NCBI RefSeq assembly: GCF_018977255.1
Contig: NW_024704742.1
Location: 496,001-560,000, forward strand
From: Callorhinchus milii
Taxonomy: Eukaryota
Direction: 5' to 3'
DNA length: 64,000 nucleotides
The notes under the pieces are model-generated. The model searched no databases. It had not been told where the DNA came from and saw only the letters and a list, made by a program, of their open reading frames with translations. Each line of letters starts with the position of its first letter. Position 1 is the stretch's first letter. The position numbers and the translations under genes were made by a program. Shown here in pieces: positions 37,121 through 50,835 of the stretch.

Positions 37121-37959
37121 AAATATCATTTAAAAGTATTTCATTCTGGAAGGATGATATGCACCACCTTGTGTGCATTGATATAATCAGTGTCGTACAG
37201 TTATCTTAATCCTTCTGTCTAATAAAATAATAATGAATAATACCTCCATTTGTCATAGCACCTTTCAAGTCAGGAAGACGTCTCAAAGCACTTTGCAGGA
37301 ATTACTATAAAGTGCAGTGACTGCGTGTTTTGTAGGCATGCTTGAAATGCAGAATTCTGACTCACCATATGTATAAATGTGCCAGTGTATAAGTTTAGTT
37401 TTGACTCATTTGTGTTGCATTGTTTGCTGCCCATTTGGTGTGTAAATGTGTGTGTGTTTGTTGGGGGGGTGGCGGTGGGGGGGTGGCGGTGGTGAGATAC
37501 GCAGTACAATTTTTACATGGTCTCCTTTAAACACTATCTGCAAATTTGATTATTCTCCTCCTAAAGTTTGGTTAAGTCTTGTTTCAAGGATTAACAGGAG
37601 AACTATCGAATGCACAGAATAGCCATAATAGGGCACTGGGTGGTACAGTGGTGGCACGTTGATCACTCATCTCTGAGGTCTGGTTTCAAATCCAACACAG
37701 ACTGATGACATTTTGTTTGTCTGTACAGATTCAATACAACAAATCTGGGGCAGTTCAGTGTGGGAGTGGGATTAAAACCCAACCTGGCAATAATTTGCCG
37801 ATCTCAGTCAGTAGAAAAGTCAAGCTACAGTATGGAAAGTATTTTTCAAATTATGGTTGAAACACATTTTGGGGATTGAGTAAAAGAGGCTCCTATTTAG
37901 ATTAAGTAAGGCCATTTTCATTGTCAGATCATACTGGCAGATCGATGAGCTATCAGCAA

Positions 37960-38352
37960 AGTCCTGTAGCTCAGTGGTTAGAGCACTCGCTTTGCAGCGA
38001 GACACCTGGATTCAATTCCAGGCAGAGGCGAAACCTTGGGCAAGTGTCCTCACTCCACACAGAGCCTAATAATAATCCTCCAAAACAAAACAATAATAAA
38101 TTGGTCATTTTCAATCTACGACTGTTTGTGGGACATTGCTGTGCGCAATTGGCTGCCGCGTTCGCCCACAAATATACAGTCAATTCACTTTACAGTGTGT
38201 TCTGTGAAGCGCTTTGGGACGTCCTCCCGACGTGAAAAGCGCTATATCAAATTCAAGGATTATTATTATTATTATTCTGTGAAGCGCTTTGAGACGTCGA
38301 GAAGACGTGAAAAGCGCGATATCAAATGCAAGGATCATTATTATTATGATGA
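37960..38352 (+). mobile_element. Young SINE subfamily copy with a duplicated tail
   Basis: Near-identical to the 56317 and 60455 copies; second tail at 38276-38352. Confidence 0.9.
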
Positions 38353-39877
38353 TATATGAATTCACCCATGAAACAATATTTTAGTGCAGTTAAGCAATGA
38401 CAATTCAAGGTTTCATACAATTCTGCTGTGAATTAGTTTATCCTAAGACTGTTGGCCAAAACATGTGAAGAAGAAAAACAGCAACAACAACAAAATTACA
38501 TTTGTATAGCGCCTTTGTAGACCGTGTTTGATATTGCCTGATCTTAACATTTGAGCATTGTTGCAAACCGGTGAGATCTCTGGAAACAGATTTAAACATT
38601 TATTTTGTAGCTTTGGAAACTTCCCTTGTGAAAGCACAATGCTAATTTTTCACACCTAATACTGGAGGTGCTCGTGCGAGTGGAGTTCAATTTATTTTCT
38701 CAACTCTGTGCTAAACCTAAGATTGTGGATTACCCCCAAATGCCAGGGTGGTTTGTGGCAGTAGAGAGTGTTAGCCAGTAACCAGACATGTTAACCTTTA
38801 TTCACATCTTGCCTCATAGCAAGCAAGCTGATATTAAACTAATTAAACTAATCAGACGCTAATAAACATTGCGATTATTCAATACATCTTGGAGGACGAG
38901 ACGAGGTGCAAGGATTACTTTTTAAAACACGTTTCAGATAAATAAATACAATTGCTGTAACATTGCCTTTTCGTCAATTGTGTTTTAAAATAGCTTTGTG
39001 TTAACTATGTGTGACAGCACCTTATAAACTATTACACACTGTAGTAATTTCGTATATTAAAATAGTTTATTATTGATTATTTATTTCTGTTTGTGCTGAT
39101 CTATTTATTAAATACCCATAATGTTTAAACACCTAGAATTATTTCTCAAGTAGATGACTTATGCCACGCTGGTTCACCTTATTCCATGAATAACTTTCCA
39201 TGGAATAAGGAAGATTCTGGGATTCATTTTGGTTCCTGTAAGCTATAACTTGTATTGATATTTTACTGCATGAGATTGCTGTTTTACAAGAGATACATAT
39301 TTCCTAGTATGCTATAAATCTATAGATTTACAAATTTCGGAAAGAGTGTTTTCCTCATTTACTGTAATTATAATAGGTTAATCATTTTGTTAACAGCGAG
39401 GTCTAACGCTAGTTGGGCTAATAACCCACAGTCTAACCATGCTCAAGCATATGCAAGTGCCCTTAATTATGTAATTAAATGCTCTGAAACGCTACCCCAC
39501 GTGAAGGGTTCTCTAATAAATGCAAGTTGTTGTTGTTTCTGTTGTTGGTTGTTGTAACTAACTACTAAATAAAGGATTACAGAATCATTCATTTCATCAA
39601 GGTTTAATCATTCTGAAGGGAATTTCTCCCAGTGTCCTGGCCAACAATCCCACAAATAGTGGCTGCCGGGTACACCTACAAACCGCACAGTCACTAGTCT
39701 TTTACAGTATAGCCTTTGAAGCGCTTTGGGATGAAAGGAGCTATACCAAATGTAAGGATTATTATTATTATAATGAATTATATGTTTGAATATAATTAAC
39801 CCAAAGGCCATCAGCCCAATCTTACATTTTGAACCCCAATGTGTGCACAGAACCATACATTTGATATCAGCCCATCA

Positions 39878-40010
39878 TGTGTGTTTGTGTTTGTGTGTGT
39901 GTGTTTGTGTGTGTGTGTTTGTGTGTGTATGTGTGTTTGTGTGTGTATGTTTGTGTGTGTGTTTGTGTGTGTATGTGTGTGTATGTGTGTTTGTGTGTGT
40001 ATGTGTGTGG
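39878..40010. repeat. Compound (TG)n microsatellite
   Basis: TG repeats interrupted by TTTG and TATG. Confidence 0.95.
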
Positions 40011-40129
40011 TGGTGGGGGGGGGGATGGAGGGTGGCTGCAGTGTGGGAGGTGGTGTCCTTCGGATGTAATTTTAAACCGAGGTCCTATCTGTCTGTTCAG
40101 GTGAAGTTTAAGCGTCCTATACACCAGAC

Positions 40130-40510
40130 CAACAACAACAATAATAATCCTTGCATTTGATATAGCACCTTATCACGTTGTTCAGACGTCTCAAAGTGCT
40201 TCACAGAATATACCGTAAAGTGAATTGACTGTGTATTTTATGGACCAAAAACGCAGCAGCCAATTGCGCACGGCAGCGTCCCATAAACAACCGTGGATTG
40301 AGTAACCAAATTAGTATTTTTTTCAAGGGATTATTACACCTGGAAAGCGATCCGCCAATCGACTAACAACCGGGTTTCTGCTTACTGCAAGGCGTAAACA
40401 GAAGTGTATGGAGTAAGGAAACTTGCCTAACGTTTCACCCTGACCGACAATCAAACCCGAGTCCTCTTGCTTGCGAGGCGAGTTCTCTAACCAATACGCT
40501 ACAGGACTCC
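40130..40510 (-). mobile_element. tRNA-headed SINE (main family)
   Basis: Reverse-complement full-length copy. Confidence 0.85.
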
Positions 40511-41584
40511 AACAATTCTCCAAATAAAATTGTTTATTCACTTCGTGACTGTTTGTGAAACATTGCCAGCACATTGGGACATCCCCCAAATTGTTGTTGT
40601 TTTGTGCAAATTGGCTTGTCATGTTCACCTACAAATAATCACCACACATTACAAGAATTAACTCCTGGAAGCTCTTTGGGACATTTTGACATCATTGTGG
40701 ATGTTAAATCAAATGCAGGGTTATTATTATAATTATTATGGCGTTACCTGTGCTACCTGTTTATGTCTAAGTACTCTGGGACATCGTCCAGTGTAAATGG
40801 CGCTATATAAATGCAAGTTGTTGTTGTTGTTACATCACCCTTTTTTATTAAACCCTTTTTTGCTGCTTCCCATTTCCCGTCATGTATTTACTTTTCAGAT
40901 GCTGATCCAGCCCCTGCTTTGAATGAATCTATTAGTCCAGCCTCAGTCTAACAGTCAGTCAGGGTGGGGAGCGTTTTGAGTCGTGCGAGAGACCGATCCT
41001 CGGATTGACTGTGAGTCCTCAATCCGCGCTGAGAATTCACTGCAGCACCGCTGTCAGCCGGAATGAGTCAATGCCTCGGTGAGAGGAGGCGTTATGGCAA
41101 ATTAGTCTAAACTTCTAAAAAAAAATGAGACACCAGCAACATGTTGAAAGTCAGGTTCACCTGAGCGGAGGAGGGAGAGTGCTTTCTGGTTTGTCTGGAC
41201 GGGAAATGCACAGTCTTTTCCTGATGAGTCTCAGAAATATTTTGCTTCATGTATGTGAGGGAGATGGCTCGTTTCCGTAAGCAGGTCTGAGACCAGTGTC
41301 AATGTGGGGCGAGGCTGAGGCACAGGATGCTTGTTTTCTGTTTCACCACTTGTTTTTTTGCCTCACTACAGATTTGCAGTAAATTACGTTTCCTGCTCCA
41401 AGCGAGACAGCCAGTTACTAAACCAGTGGGGATTTGGTTTCAATTGCAACTCAATAACTGAGATTATAAGTGACGATCTGAGAACGACTCAGCACTCAGC
41501 TTTCACTGCAGAGACTGACTCGCTCTCATTAGCGACTGTAATGTAGGTGCACAATCAGCTTGGCTCTGCAAAGAGAAATTGTGC

Positions 41585-41890
41585 GTGAGCCTGGCACAGC
41601 GGTAACATTCTCGCCTCTGAGTCAGCAGATTGCAGGTTCCAATCCCACGTCTCGACTTGAACTCACATAGCCTCTACGCTGACACTCCAACGCAGTGCCT
41701 GGAGTGTGCTGATTTGTCGGAGGTGACATCCTTCGGATGAGACGCTGAACTGACGTCCAGTCTGGCTGTTCGGGAGGAAGTTAAAGATCACATGGCACCT
41801 ATTCGAAAAGAGAAGGGAGTTTCTCCCGGTGTCCTGGCCAATAAAATTGGTTGCTCACTCCATGGCTGTTTGTAGGACATTGCTGTGCCC
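41585..41890 (+). mobile_element. Deu-domain SINE, 3'-truncated
   Basis: Head and core present. Confidence 0.75.
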
Positions 41891-43319
41891 AACAAACAGG
41901 ACGGTCCCAGTTAGCAGCTACTACTTTAACCTGATTAGCATTTTTGTCTGGGCATTTAACAGCAGAGAGGGAAGCGTGGAACTTACCATGTGAGGTTCCA
42001 TGCTTGGATTTCTCAGTTTGGTTTGGATATGTTTGAACGTGGTGATGGGTTTCCCCGTGTTTCAAACACCCGGCCGACCAAGAAAAATTACAATATATTG
42101 CTGTTTTGGTTCAGGATTATGGCCACTTGGTGGGATATCGACTTTGACTCGAATTGTTTGCTTTAGTAAATCTGCAATCCCACAAAGCAGAGAATAGCTG
42201 CATTTAGCATACAGTCCATTCGCACAGTAAAAAAAAAGCAGCGCCAAAGCAATCCGGTAAATGCATTTACCAGTAATAAATACACTTAACCAGGAATTCT
42301 GACTCTCCAGATCAAATCTCCCGCCCCATTAGTCCGTCTATTTGAGGCTTAGTGTACACAGTCACTACAGAAAAACCCTGTGACGTGCTTTGAGACATGT
42401 TAGACAACCTATTAAGGTACTATATCAAAAACAAGGATTATTATTACATTGCGGCAAACGGCCAATTAATATAGTGACATAAATGAAGGATTTGCCAAGT
42501 GAATCCTGCGAATCAGAAGAAAGTGACAGCCAGGTAGATGTGCTGTGTGTATCAATACATGGTACAGTGGACTAGTGTTCCAATATGTATTGCTTAACAG
42601 CCTACTCCTTCAGTCCACTGGTTTCTACTCAAAACTACAGCAAAGCTATGTGTAGTTCTATGTTTTCACCAGGAAAATTCCAATTGTGTAATTGCCCTGT
42701 TTCGGAATGACTGTCCAGTGGGAAAATAACACTGTGTTGTTCAAGATTCTGATCACGTTTGTGCAAAGGAAAATGTAGGTGGAGGAATAGACCCTCTGCA
42801 TCGTTTCTGTGGTAGGTTTTATTCACGATTTGCTGTCATTAATCAGGCAACAGTCGCAACCTTAATCTACAATGTAATTGCCAAAGATATTACATCAAGG
42901 AGATGTTATCGTTCAGTGCTAAAGTGGAAGACAGATCACTTCCATAGAAACAGCAGTGACAGGGATCTGAAATAACTATCACAGCAACTATCTACTCACC
43001 AGATAACTCTTACTTCAGTTATCTACTCAGCAGTACCCATCATGTGGACAAAAGCCACAGTTACGTAGAAGACATAGATGGAAGAGATCAAGTAACATGA
43101 TTCATGCGTTTTCTTTTTCGAGGCTCGTGCCCGCAGAGCAGGAACAAGTCTTAAATCAAGTAACTTGAATTCAGAGCAACTTCAATTCCTTTCTTTTGTG
43201 TAACTCAAGAGGGGCGGCTTGTGAGAAATGTACGGTAAATGTGGCGGTAGATGTGATTAGCTTTCTAATCTTATAACAGACCATCGCTATTCTTGGCCTA
43301 CTTTGTCCACAATCTCAAT

Positions 43320-44380
43320 GCGTTTTTTAAAGAAAAAAAGAAAGCCAATATCTCGCCTGAGCGTGCGACAGATAAGGGTATCGCCACAATTATTAATGCC
43401 ACTTTACCTCATAGATGACGTAGATGGAAGAGATCAAGTAACATGATTCATGTATTTTCTTTCTTCCGTAAAGCAGGAACAAATCTTAAATCGTGCCGGT
43501 GACTTTAATTTGATGAAATCGCCAACTTTCAGAGTTGATTTTGAATAACCATGTTAGTCCAGGAACACAGTAAATGAGGATTTCCTGCTATGTTAATTAA
43601 TACTTTCATGCCCAATAACTATTTGGATATTGTCTGTTGTGAAAAATGTGATATATGAGTGATAATGTATATTCCAAACTTTATTTCAATTCTCAGAAGG
43701 TTTAGAATGTTTTTTCTGTCCTTGGAATGAGATGTTAACTAAGGCCCGTTTGCCTGTTCAGGTGTGTATTAAAGATCCCACGGCACTATTCGAAAAGAGA
43801 AGGGAGTTTCTCCCGGTGACCTTGGCCAACAATCCACAAATAAAATTAGTCACTCACCTCATCGATGTTTGTGGGACTTTGCTGTGCACAAATTGGCTGC
43901 TGTTTTCTCCCACAAAAAACAGTCACTGTGTTTTACAGTATATCCTGTGAGCATTTAGGAATGTGAAAGGCGACGCCAAATGTAAGGATTATTATTGTTA
44001 TCTACAGAGCCTCTGTTGTCTTTGTCACAATCGCTGATAAAGACAGGTATAGATCACGCTTCTCAGCAATTCAGTATGATAATTATCACTTAACATAGAA
44101 GGAAATCCTCACTTACTGTGTTCCTGGACTAATAACACGGTTATTCAAAATTAACTCTGAAAGTTGACGATTTCATCAAATTAAAGTCACCGGCACGATT
44201 TAAGATTTGTTCCTGATTTGTGGCAGGAGCCTCGAGAAATAAAATGCATGAATCATGTTACTTGATCTTTTCCATCTATGTCCTCTATGAACGAAAGGGG
44301 CTATTAATAATAGTGGCGATACTCTTTATCTGTCACAGGCTGAACAAGATATTGGCTTTCTTCTTTAGTTTAAAAAACAC
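43320..44380. repeat. Long inverted repeat (arms about 43320-43602 and 44083-44380) with a SINE in the spacer
   Basis: AAATCGTGCCGGTGACTTTAATTTGATGAAATCG (43488-43521) has an exact reverse complement at about 44168-44203; similarity extends about 280 bp. Confidence 0.9.
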
Positions 44381-44775
44381 ACTAAGAATGTGGAGAATAA
44401 TCTTTGCATTTGACGTAGCACCTATTATGTCAAGTGACACAACTGTAAAGTGTGGTGACAGTGGGTACTTTGTAGGCAAACAGGGCAGTCAAGTTTGCAT
44501 AAACCTGCCTACAATTCAGAAGATAATGTCCTACAAACAGCCATGGATGACCAATGTTATAGTGATGCAATTTGCAAGCATAAGGTCTTTGCAAGATCTA
44601 GTTTAACTTAGCAATGTGCATTAACACACTAGGTGTCATTATAGGCGCTACATCAAGTGCAAAGTTTATTTTATTTATAACATGCATGAAATGCTCCAAC
44701 ATTTCAGAGAAAATCCTGCTGAACGCATGAGAGTGGAGAAATCAATTCATTATGTAATTGTGCAAAATACGATTA

Positions 44776-45022
44776 GGGGAAAAATTTCACCTGGGTCTAG
44801 ACTCTAGATTTATTCTATGTAGGATTTTATATTGCCCACTCAGAATTTGGCGACTTGTTGAATTCAGTCTTAACTTTGCCGTTGTTTATCTCCAGTTCTG
44901 AAAAGAACTTAACAGAAAACCTGCTTCAGGACTAAGGCTGTGTTTAAGAATTTGCCAAATTCTGGGTGTGCTAAAATTCGACCCAAACAGAGCAAATCTA
45001 GACCCAGTTGGAATTTCTCCCC
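44776..45022. mobile_element. MITE (possibly PIF/Harbinger-type)
   Basis: TIRs GGGGAAAAATTTCACCTGGGTCTAGA / TCTAGACCCAGTTGGAATTTCTCCCC; internal CAGAATTTGGC/GCCAAATTCTG; flanks tta/ata. Confidence 0.7.
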
Positions 45023-48000
45023 ATATGTTGATTCAGCGAGGGTCAACTGCTCTGGAGAAATGAGAAATGTTGGCACTGTTTGATGATGTTCCAGGTTTAA
45101 ATCTGGAATGCTTCATGCAAAGGGAAGAGTTCTCTGATCAATAGAGCTTCTTTTGAACAGAGAACCCCCATGAGAGATTTTGAAGTGTAATAACCACTTT
45201 TGGCAATGCAGCTTCTTCTTATAATAATAATAATAACAATAATAATATTATTGCATTTGACATAGCACCTTATCATGCTTTCGAGACGTCTCAAAGCGCT
45301 TCACAGAATACACCGTAAAGTGAATTGACTGTGTATTTGGTGGGCGAAACGCAGCCAAAAAATAATGAATTCAATCAGAGACTTTGCTCAACTCTCGCAC
45401 TTCACTGCGGGCAGAAACAAGGTTAATCTCCGTCAATTTTCCACTCAAGTGATGATCAGTAGACGAAAACCTTAACCTTGGTTAAAGCTGTTGAACTCGG
45501 CTGATTGAACCAATCCTTTTGAGAATGGAGTGACCTTTGCAGCTTTCAGTTTTTGGTCACCAAGTTCCAGAAATGAATTTGGCAAGATAAAGGCCAAGGC
45601 AAGCCAAGCACTGACTGTCATTTCCCCTCTCCGATCAGCTCCTCACCACATGTAAAATGTGGCGATGTTGTCACGTTGCTATCACTCACTGCTGCAATTG
45701 AGGGTGACTTGCACAGTAGCATTCAAAACCACTTTTAATCGCAACGTTTTCTCCTGGCACCCCCCACCCCCCCCCAACACCACCCCCAAGAGATTGGAGC
45801 CCCCGGTAAGTGGGTCCACAGAATACCTACAATCACAGTTCAATGGAACGAGCTTCTAACTTCAACCTAAAAAAAGCATTTGGTTCATTTTGCTTGATTT
45901 CTCCCATGTGACGGTGAGTGAGCGCTGATGGTGAGAGTGTGTCTGAATCCAACATCTGGAACACTGAACGTGCTGAGTTCAGCGTTGGCGGTGCAAACGT
46001 TTCACAACTAGGGGGAGGAGAAGCTGGAGGTGGTGGGGGGTGGGGGGGGGGAGGGGAGGGGAGAAAATTGTGATGGTGGAGTGATCGCTGGGCTTCCTTA
46101 AGGTATCCATCCTTACCATCGACGAAGGCATCTTTGAGGTGAAATCGAGCACCAGTGATTCCCACCTCTCCAATGCAAATAACAACCTCGGTTTAACATC
46201 TCATCCAAAGGACTGCAAATCCGAGACTGGAGCATATCCCTCAGCACTGCATTGGAATGCCAGCTGATCCCAACATGAAGCTTGAACCCACAAACCCTCA
46301 GACTCAGAGGTGAGAGGGCAACCAACTGAGTCAGGGTGACTCACGTAGATACACAATAGAAAGGCAAGAGTGTGAAAAAAAGGCCCTGAGGTTCATTTCC
46401 GGGGCTAACTCTCCCATTCCACCTCCGCCCCCCCCCCCCAACACTCAAATTACACATCTCTCTGGCGTTGGCTACCAGCCCATACACAAAAGCAAGGCGA
46501 GACATTCCTCGCGTTTGATTAGGTTACGCTGTTTTTTTCAAGGACAAATTTGTTTCATTATTAACTACAAAACTGCTTTTTTTGGTAATGCTAGTTTCAC
46601 TACTTATATTATTTGACTGACAGGAATACTTGATGCATTTCTTATTACCAATGTAAAATCACATAACAACGGGTTTTAGGTTGCCATGTGAAAGTTTGTT
46701 TTATTGTAATTGCAGATTGTTCGGTCGTTGACTTCTTGTGGGCGTAAGGACAAGAAGTCTAAAATTGAATAAGAAGATGCGTGCTGTGTGTATGTATAAT
46801 TGGATGCAGTCCAACTGGTTCAATCAACCTGCTTTATGACTGTACTGAATCATTATTGGATTGACTGACTGCGTTGGATTGTTCTGTGAAAGTGAATCGA
46901 TCAGATTGAACGCAGATTTGTATAATGAGTATTGTGCACTGTGCATTATCCTAACCAAAGGGTCTACTTTCTCTCTCTCTCTCTCTCTGCGCCACACACA
47001 CACAAACACACACATAAACACAGTCCTTACTTGTGTGCCCAGAAGCAGGCAGTTGTTCTGGCTTGTAGCATTGAACTGCCTGCAGTTAACAGGACAGCAG
47101 CTTAGGTCAAGTTTTTGTTCAGTAAACATGGTATTCTACACTAAATGGCACTCTCAAAGCAACTGGGTCCTGGGTTCAACCGCTCTGACTGATGCTTGTG
47201 TGTGCGTTGTGAGGCGGGAGGGGGTGGTGGGGAGGGGGGTGGGTGGGGGAGAGGCAAGAATTCCACTTCCGACATAGTTGGAGAATGCTCAATAATTGAC
47301 ACATCGACTGCTTGGTTATTTGAACAATACAATACAAAATTACATTTGTATAGCGCCTTTCACATCGGGAGGACGTCCCAATGGGCTGGGTTAGTTATCA
47401 CCATCAGCCACAATTTTCATCCTGGTATTTCTTCAAAAATGTTAGTTGTATAAATCCCGGCACCAACAAAATATTTTGCACCTTGAAGATTCGGTACGTT
47501 GATGGAATAAAGTTAATAAAGGACCACCCACTTCACTGAAGATGAGTTACTGATCTCGCTGGACCATTAGCAGAAGGCAACGGGTGGAGGCCAACTATGT
47601 TTCTACGGGAAGGTAAGGAGTATCAGAGGGTGAACTTGTCTTACGCCTCTTCTTAGTGGCCCCTTCAAAAGTAGGCTTGGCAGAGCAGGTCACCTCCATT
47701 CCAACAATCCATCTTTGGAATTTCCATGTGGAGGTGGGATGCATGGAATTCTCAACTTGCTTTGGATACTCTTAAGCATTGGTGATGGGTTTCCGCATGT
47801 GTCAGACACCCGACTGACCAAAAAAAAATCACCTCTTTGTCCGTCGAGTGATACCTGTCAGAACACAATCTGAAGAGGGAAGTGGAAAATCAATTAAAGG
47901 AAAAGACAGAGCCAAAAAAAAGATTCTAAACGTTTGAGTTTGGACCCTAATGCTCTTGTTATTTATCTGAACCTAATTGCCCTGGAGTGAATCACATTAA

Positions 48001-50074
48001 GTAACCCTGTGAAGCTGGATGCAGCTGAGATCTTTAGGAACTAAGAAAGTGACCATTGAGGTTACTTGATAAGAGATAGAATCACAGAATCATATAATTA
48101 TATGTTCCGGCTGTTTGAAAGAGCTATCCAATTTGTCCCACTGCCCTGCTCTTTCCCCATAGCCTGACAAATCCTTTCTTTTCAAGTAAATATCCAATTC
48201 CCTTTGAAAGTTATTATTGAATCTGCTTCCACCACCCTTTCAGGCTGTGCATTCCAGATAAGCCAGACAAATGTAAATTTGTGACACTTGTTATATGACT
48301 GGACTAAATAATGTTGTCTCACTCATTTCCCCATCAGTACAGGAGCATTAAAAGAAGTGCACATAGAAGGAGGTCATTCGTGGCTCTGCTGATGTTAACT
48401 TCTCCTACTGGATCTCTCAATTCCAATCCTATTCTTCTGTTCCTTCTGCGTACCCTTTCCTTGTTATTTTTCCTCAAATATTTATTCTAAATTTCTATTA
48501 AATGTTGCTATGAACCCGTTTTCGCCCACAAAACACACAGTGAATTCATTTTACAGTATATTCCTTGAAGCCCTTTGGGGCGTCTCAAAAAGTTAAAGGT
48601 GCTATATCAAATGCAAGAATTATAATAATTATTATTATGATGATATGACCAGGGAGTTGAGATCTTTTCTTTCTAACTGGCGTTTGGAAACACAAAGAAG
48701 CAGTAGCTAACGGCAGTGTGCTGGAGCCCTAAATGGCAATCCCAGAGGTCCAAGGTTTAATCCTCCAAGGTTTCTGGATTGACTACAAGTGCTAATAATA
48801 ATTAATAATCATTGCATTTGGTATCGGGAGGCTTTCATGTGGTAAGGATGTCCCAAAGTACTTCATGGTAAATTCTTGGCCAAACGGTAAATCGGAGCAT
48901 CACAAAGAATGATACAGTATCGCACATCTAATCAGTCAGTCGTTGAACAGAGGGTAAGGTGGTCAATTGCAGAGACACAGTCACTTTTGGCCCCGGCTGA
49001 AAACAGCAGCAGTATGCGATTTACAAGGAAAAAATGGGGATAAAGAACCCTTTGAAAAATACGAACTTCTGCAGTTCTCGGTGTACGACACACAGGTTTT
49101 TGTTGTAAACAAAGGCATTTATAAAACCCGACACCTGAAGTTGGGCTTGTGTTTGAGAACTTGGAAAACTGTTTTTAAAAATATACTGCGATTTTGAAGC
49201 AAAATATGCATTGGGACATAGTAATGCACAGGATTATAAAAGGCCATTGCTGACCATCCCACACTACCTAATTTCTCTTACTTCTCAATCAATCTCTTTA
49301 CCAAGTAGCTCTCATATTCCCTTTTCAAATTGCTGACACAATCTGCTTCTATTACATGACAGATTTTATAGGTGAGAATGCCGAAGATATTTGCGCTTTT
49401 GGGTGGGTGCATGTGTCTGAAACCACACTAAAGAACCTAATATCTGAAACTGTACGCTTTTGGGTTGAAGGAAAAAAAGTCTTGTGTACTTTGTTAACCA
49501 TAAGAGATTGAGCCCTTGCTGATTCAGGCTGTTTGACCACTTTCATCTTGCATGTTCAAGTCATTTCTGTAATTCTTAATCAAAAGTGGATTTGCATAGG
49601 GTGGCCATTTCTGGTAATAAATACACCTACACAATCTAACAGAGGAATTGAAAGCTCCATACCTGATGACTTTCAGTAGCGAGGTCTAAACTTCATGAGT
49701 CAGATAATTTTGCACCAAAAGGACATTTTTATTGCTCAATGAACTCAATGAACTGTAACAGATTCTTATCTGAAGCCTGTTTGAAACCTAAATGTTATTT
49801 TGCAGTTGAAGACAATTACAAAAATGTATTTTTTTTTATTTGTAGGAAATAACTTATTTTCGGTTCAACTGACAGTTAATTGGTTTTGTTCCATTCAGCC
49901 TGTTTTGTGTGGTTTGTTTTTCCAAGGGTTGAAGTGAGATATCAGCAGAAAGTCAAATTCAGAATAAGAGCGATCTTATAGGGAGTTTTTCTTAAACTAA
50001 GAGTATTTCAATCTGTCTGTCCCAATTTACACCAATGTAGCCAGAAATTGGAGGTCACTATTGTTAAGTGCATC

Positions 50075-50400
50075 AGCCTAGCGTAGCACTTCATCTCTGA
50101 GTCAGAAGGTTGTGCGTTCAAGCCCACGTCAGGGCTTTGAATCACACAGTCTAAGCTGACACTCCAATGCAGTGCTGGGGGTTTATTGCATTATTCAAGG
50201 TGTTGTCCTTTGGATGAGACGATAAACTGAGGTCCCGTCTGCCTGTTCAGGTGGACGGAAAAGATTCCTTGACGCTATTCAAAAAGAGAAGGGAGTTTCT
50301 CCTGGAGTCCTGGCCAACAATCCCCCAAATAAAATTGGCCAATCAGTCCATGGCTGTTTCTGGGCCATTGCTGTGAACAAACTGGCTTTTCACTTCCAAC
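50075..50400 (+). mobile_element. Deu-domain SINE interrupted by a CR1 fragment (tail resumes at about 50843-50950)
   Basis: Head and core, then CR1 sequence, then the remaining SINE tail. Confidence 0.75.
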
Positions 50401-50409
50401 AAAAAACAG

Positions 50410-50835
50410 GACCTCGAGGAGCAATTAGATAAACTGGGCAGGTTCACACTGGAGAAGAGATGGTTGAGGGGCAAAATGATTACGGTCGTTAAGATTCTGA
50501 AGGGATAGATCATGTAGACCACGATAAGCTGTTTTATGTTGTACTGAACAGTAGAACCAGAGGACACAGCCTGCGATTGAAGGGGGTAATCTCAGAACAA
50601 ATCTGTGGACACTACTTCAGTGAGAGAATAGTAAACCTATGAAGCAGACTCGCTGAGGAGACAGTGGAAGCAGAACATGTTGTTTGTTTCAAGAGCAGAT
50701 GAGATAGATTTCTGCTAGAAAATAATATCTCGGGATACAGTAGACAGTTTGCGACATGACATGTCAATCGACTGCCAGGATGGTGGAAGGTGAACTAGAT
50801 GGACCTTGGTCTTCTTTCACCAGCAAATTCTTATG
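50410..50835 (+). mobile_element. CR1 LINE 3' fragment
   Basis: LG.FTLEKR.LRG.MI...KILKG, RTRGHS; 3' UTR homologous to 33880-34200. Confidence 0.8.

Noticed and set aside
37921..38359. Recurrent ORFs ending ...[12 protein letters not shown] seen many times in the window
   Set aside because: Translations of SINE copies, not a gene family or a CRISPR-like array.
39786..40160. Cys/Val-repeat ORFs
   Set aside because: Translation of the (TG)n microsatellite.
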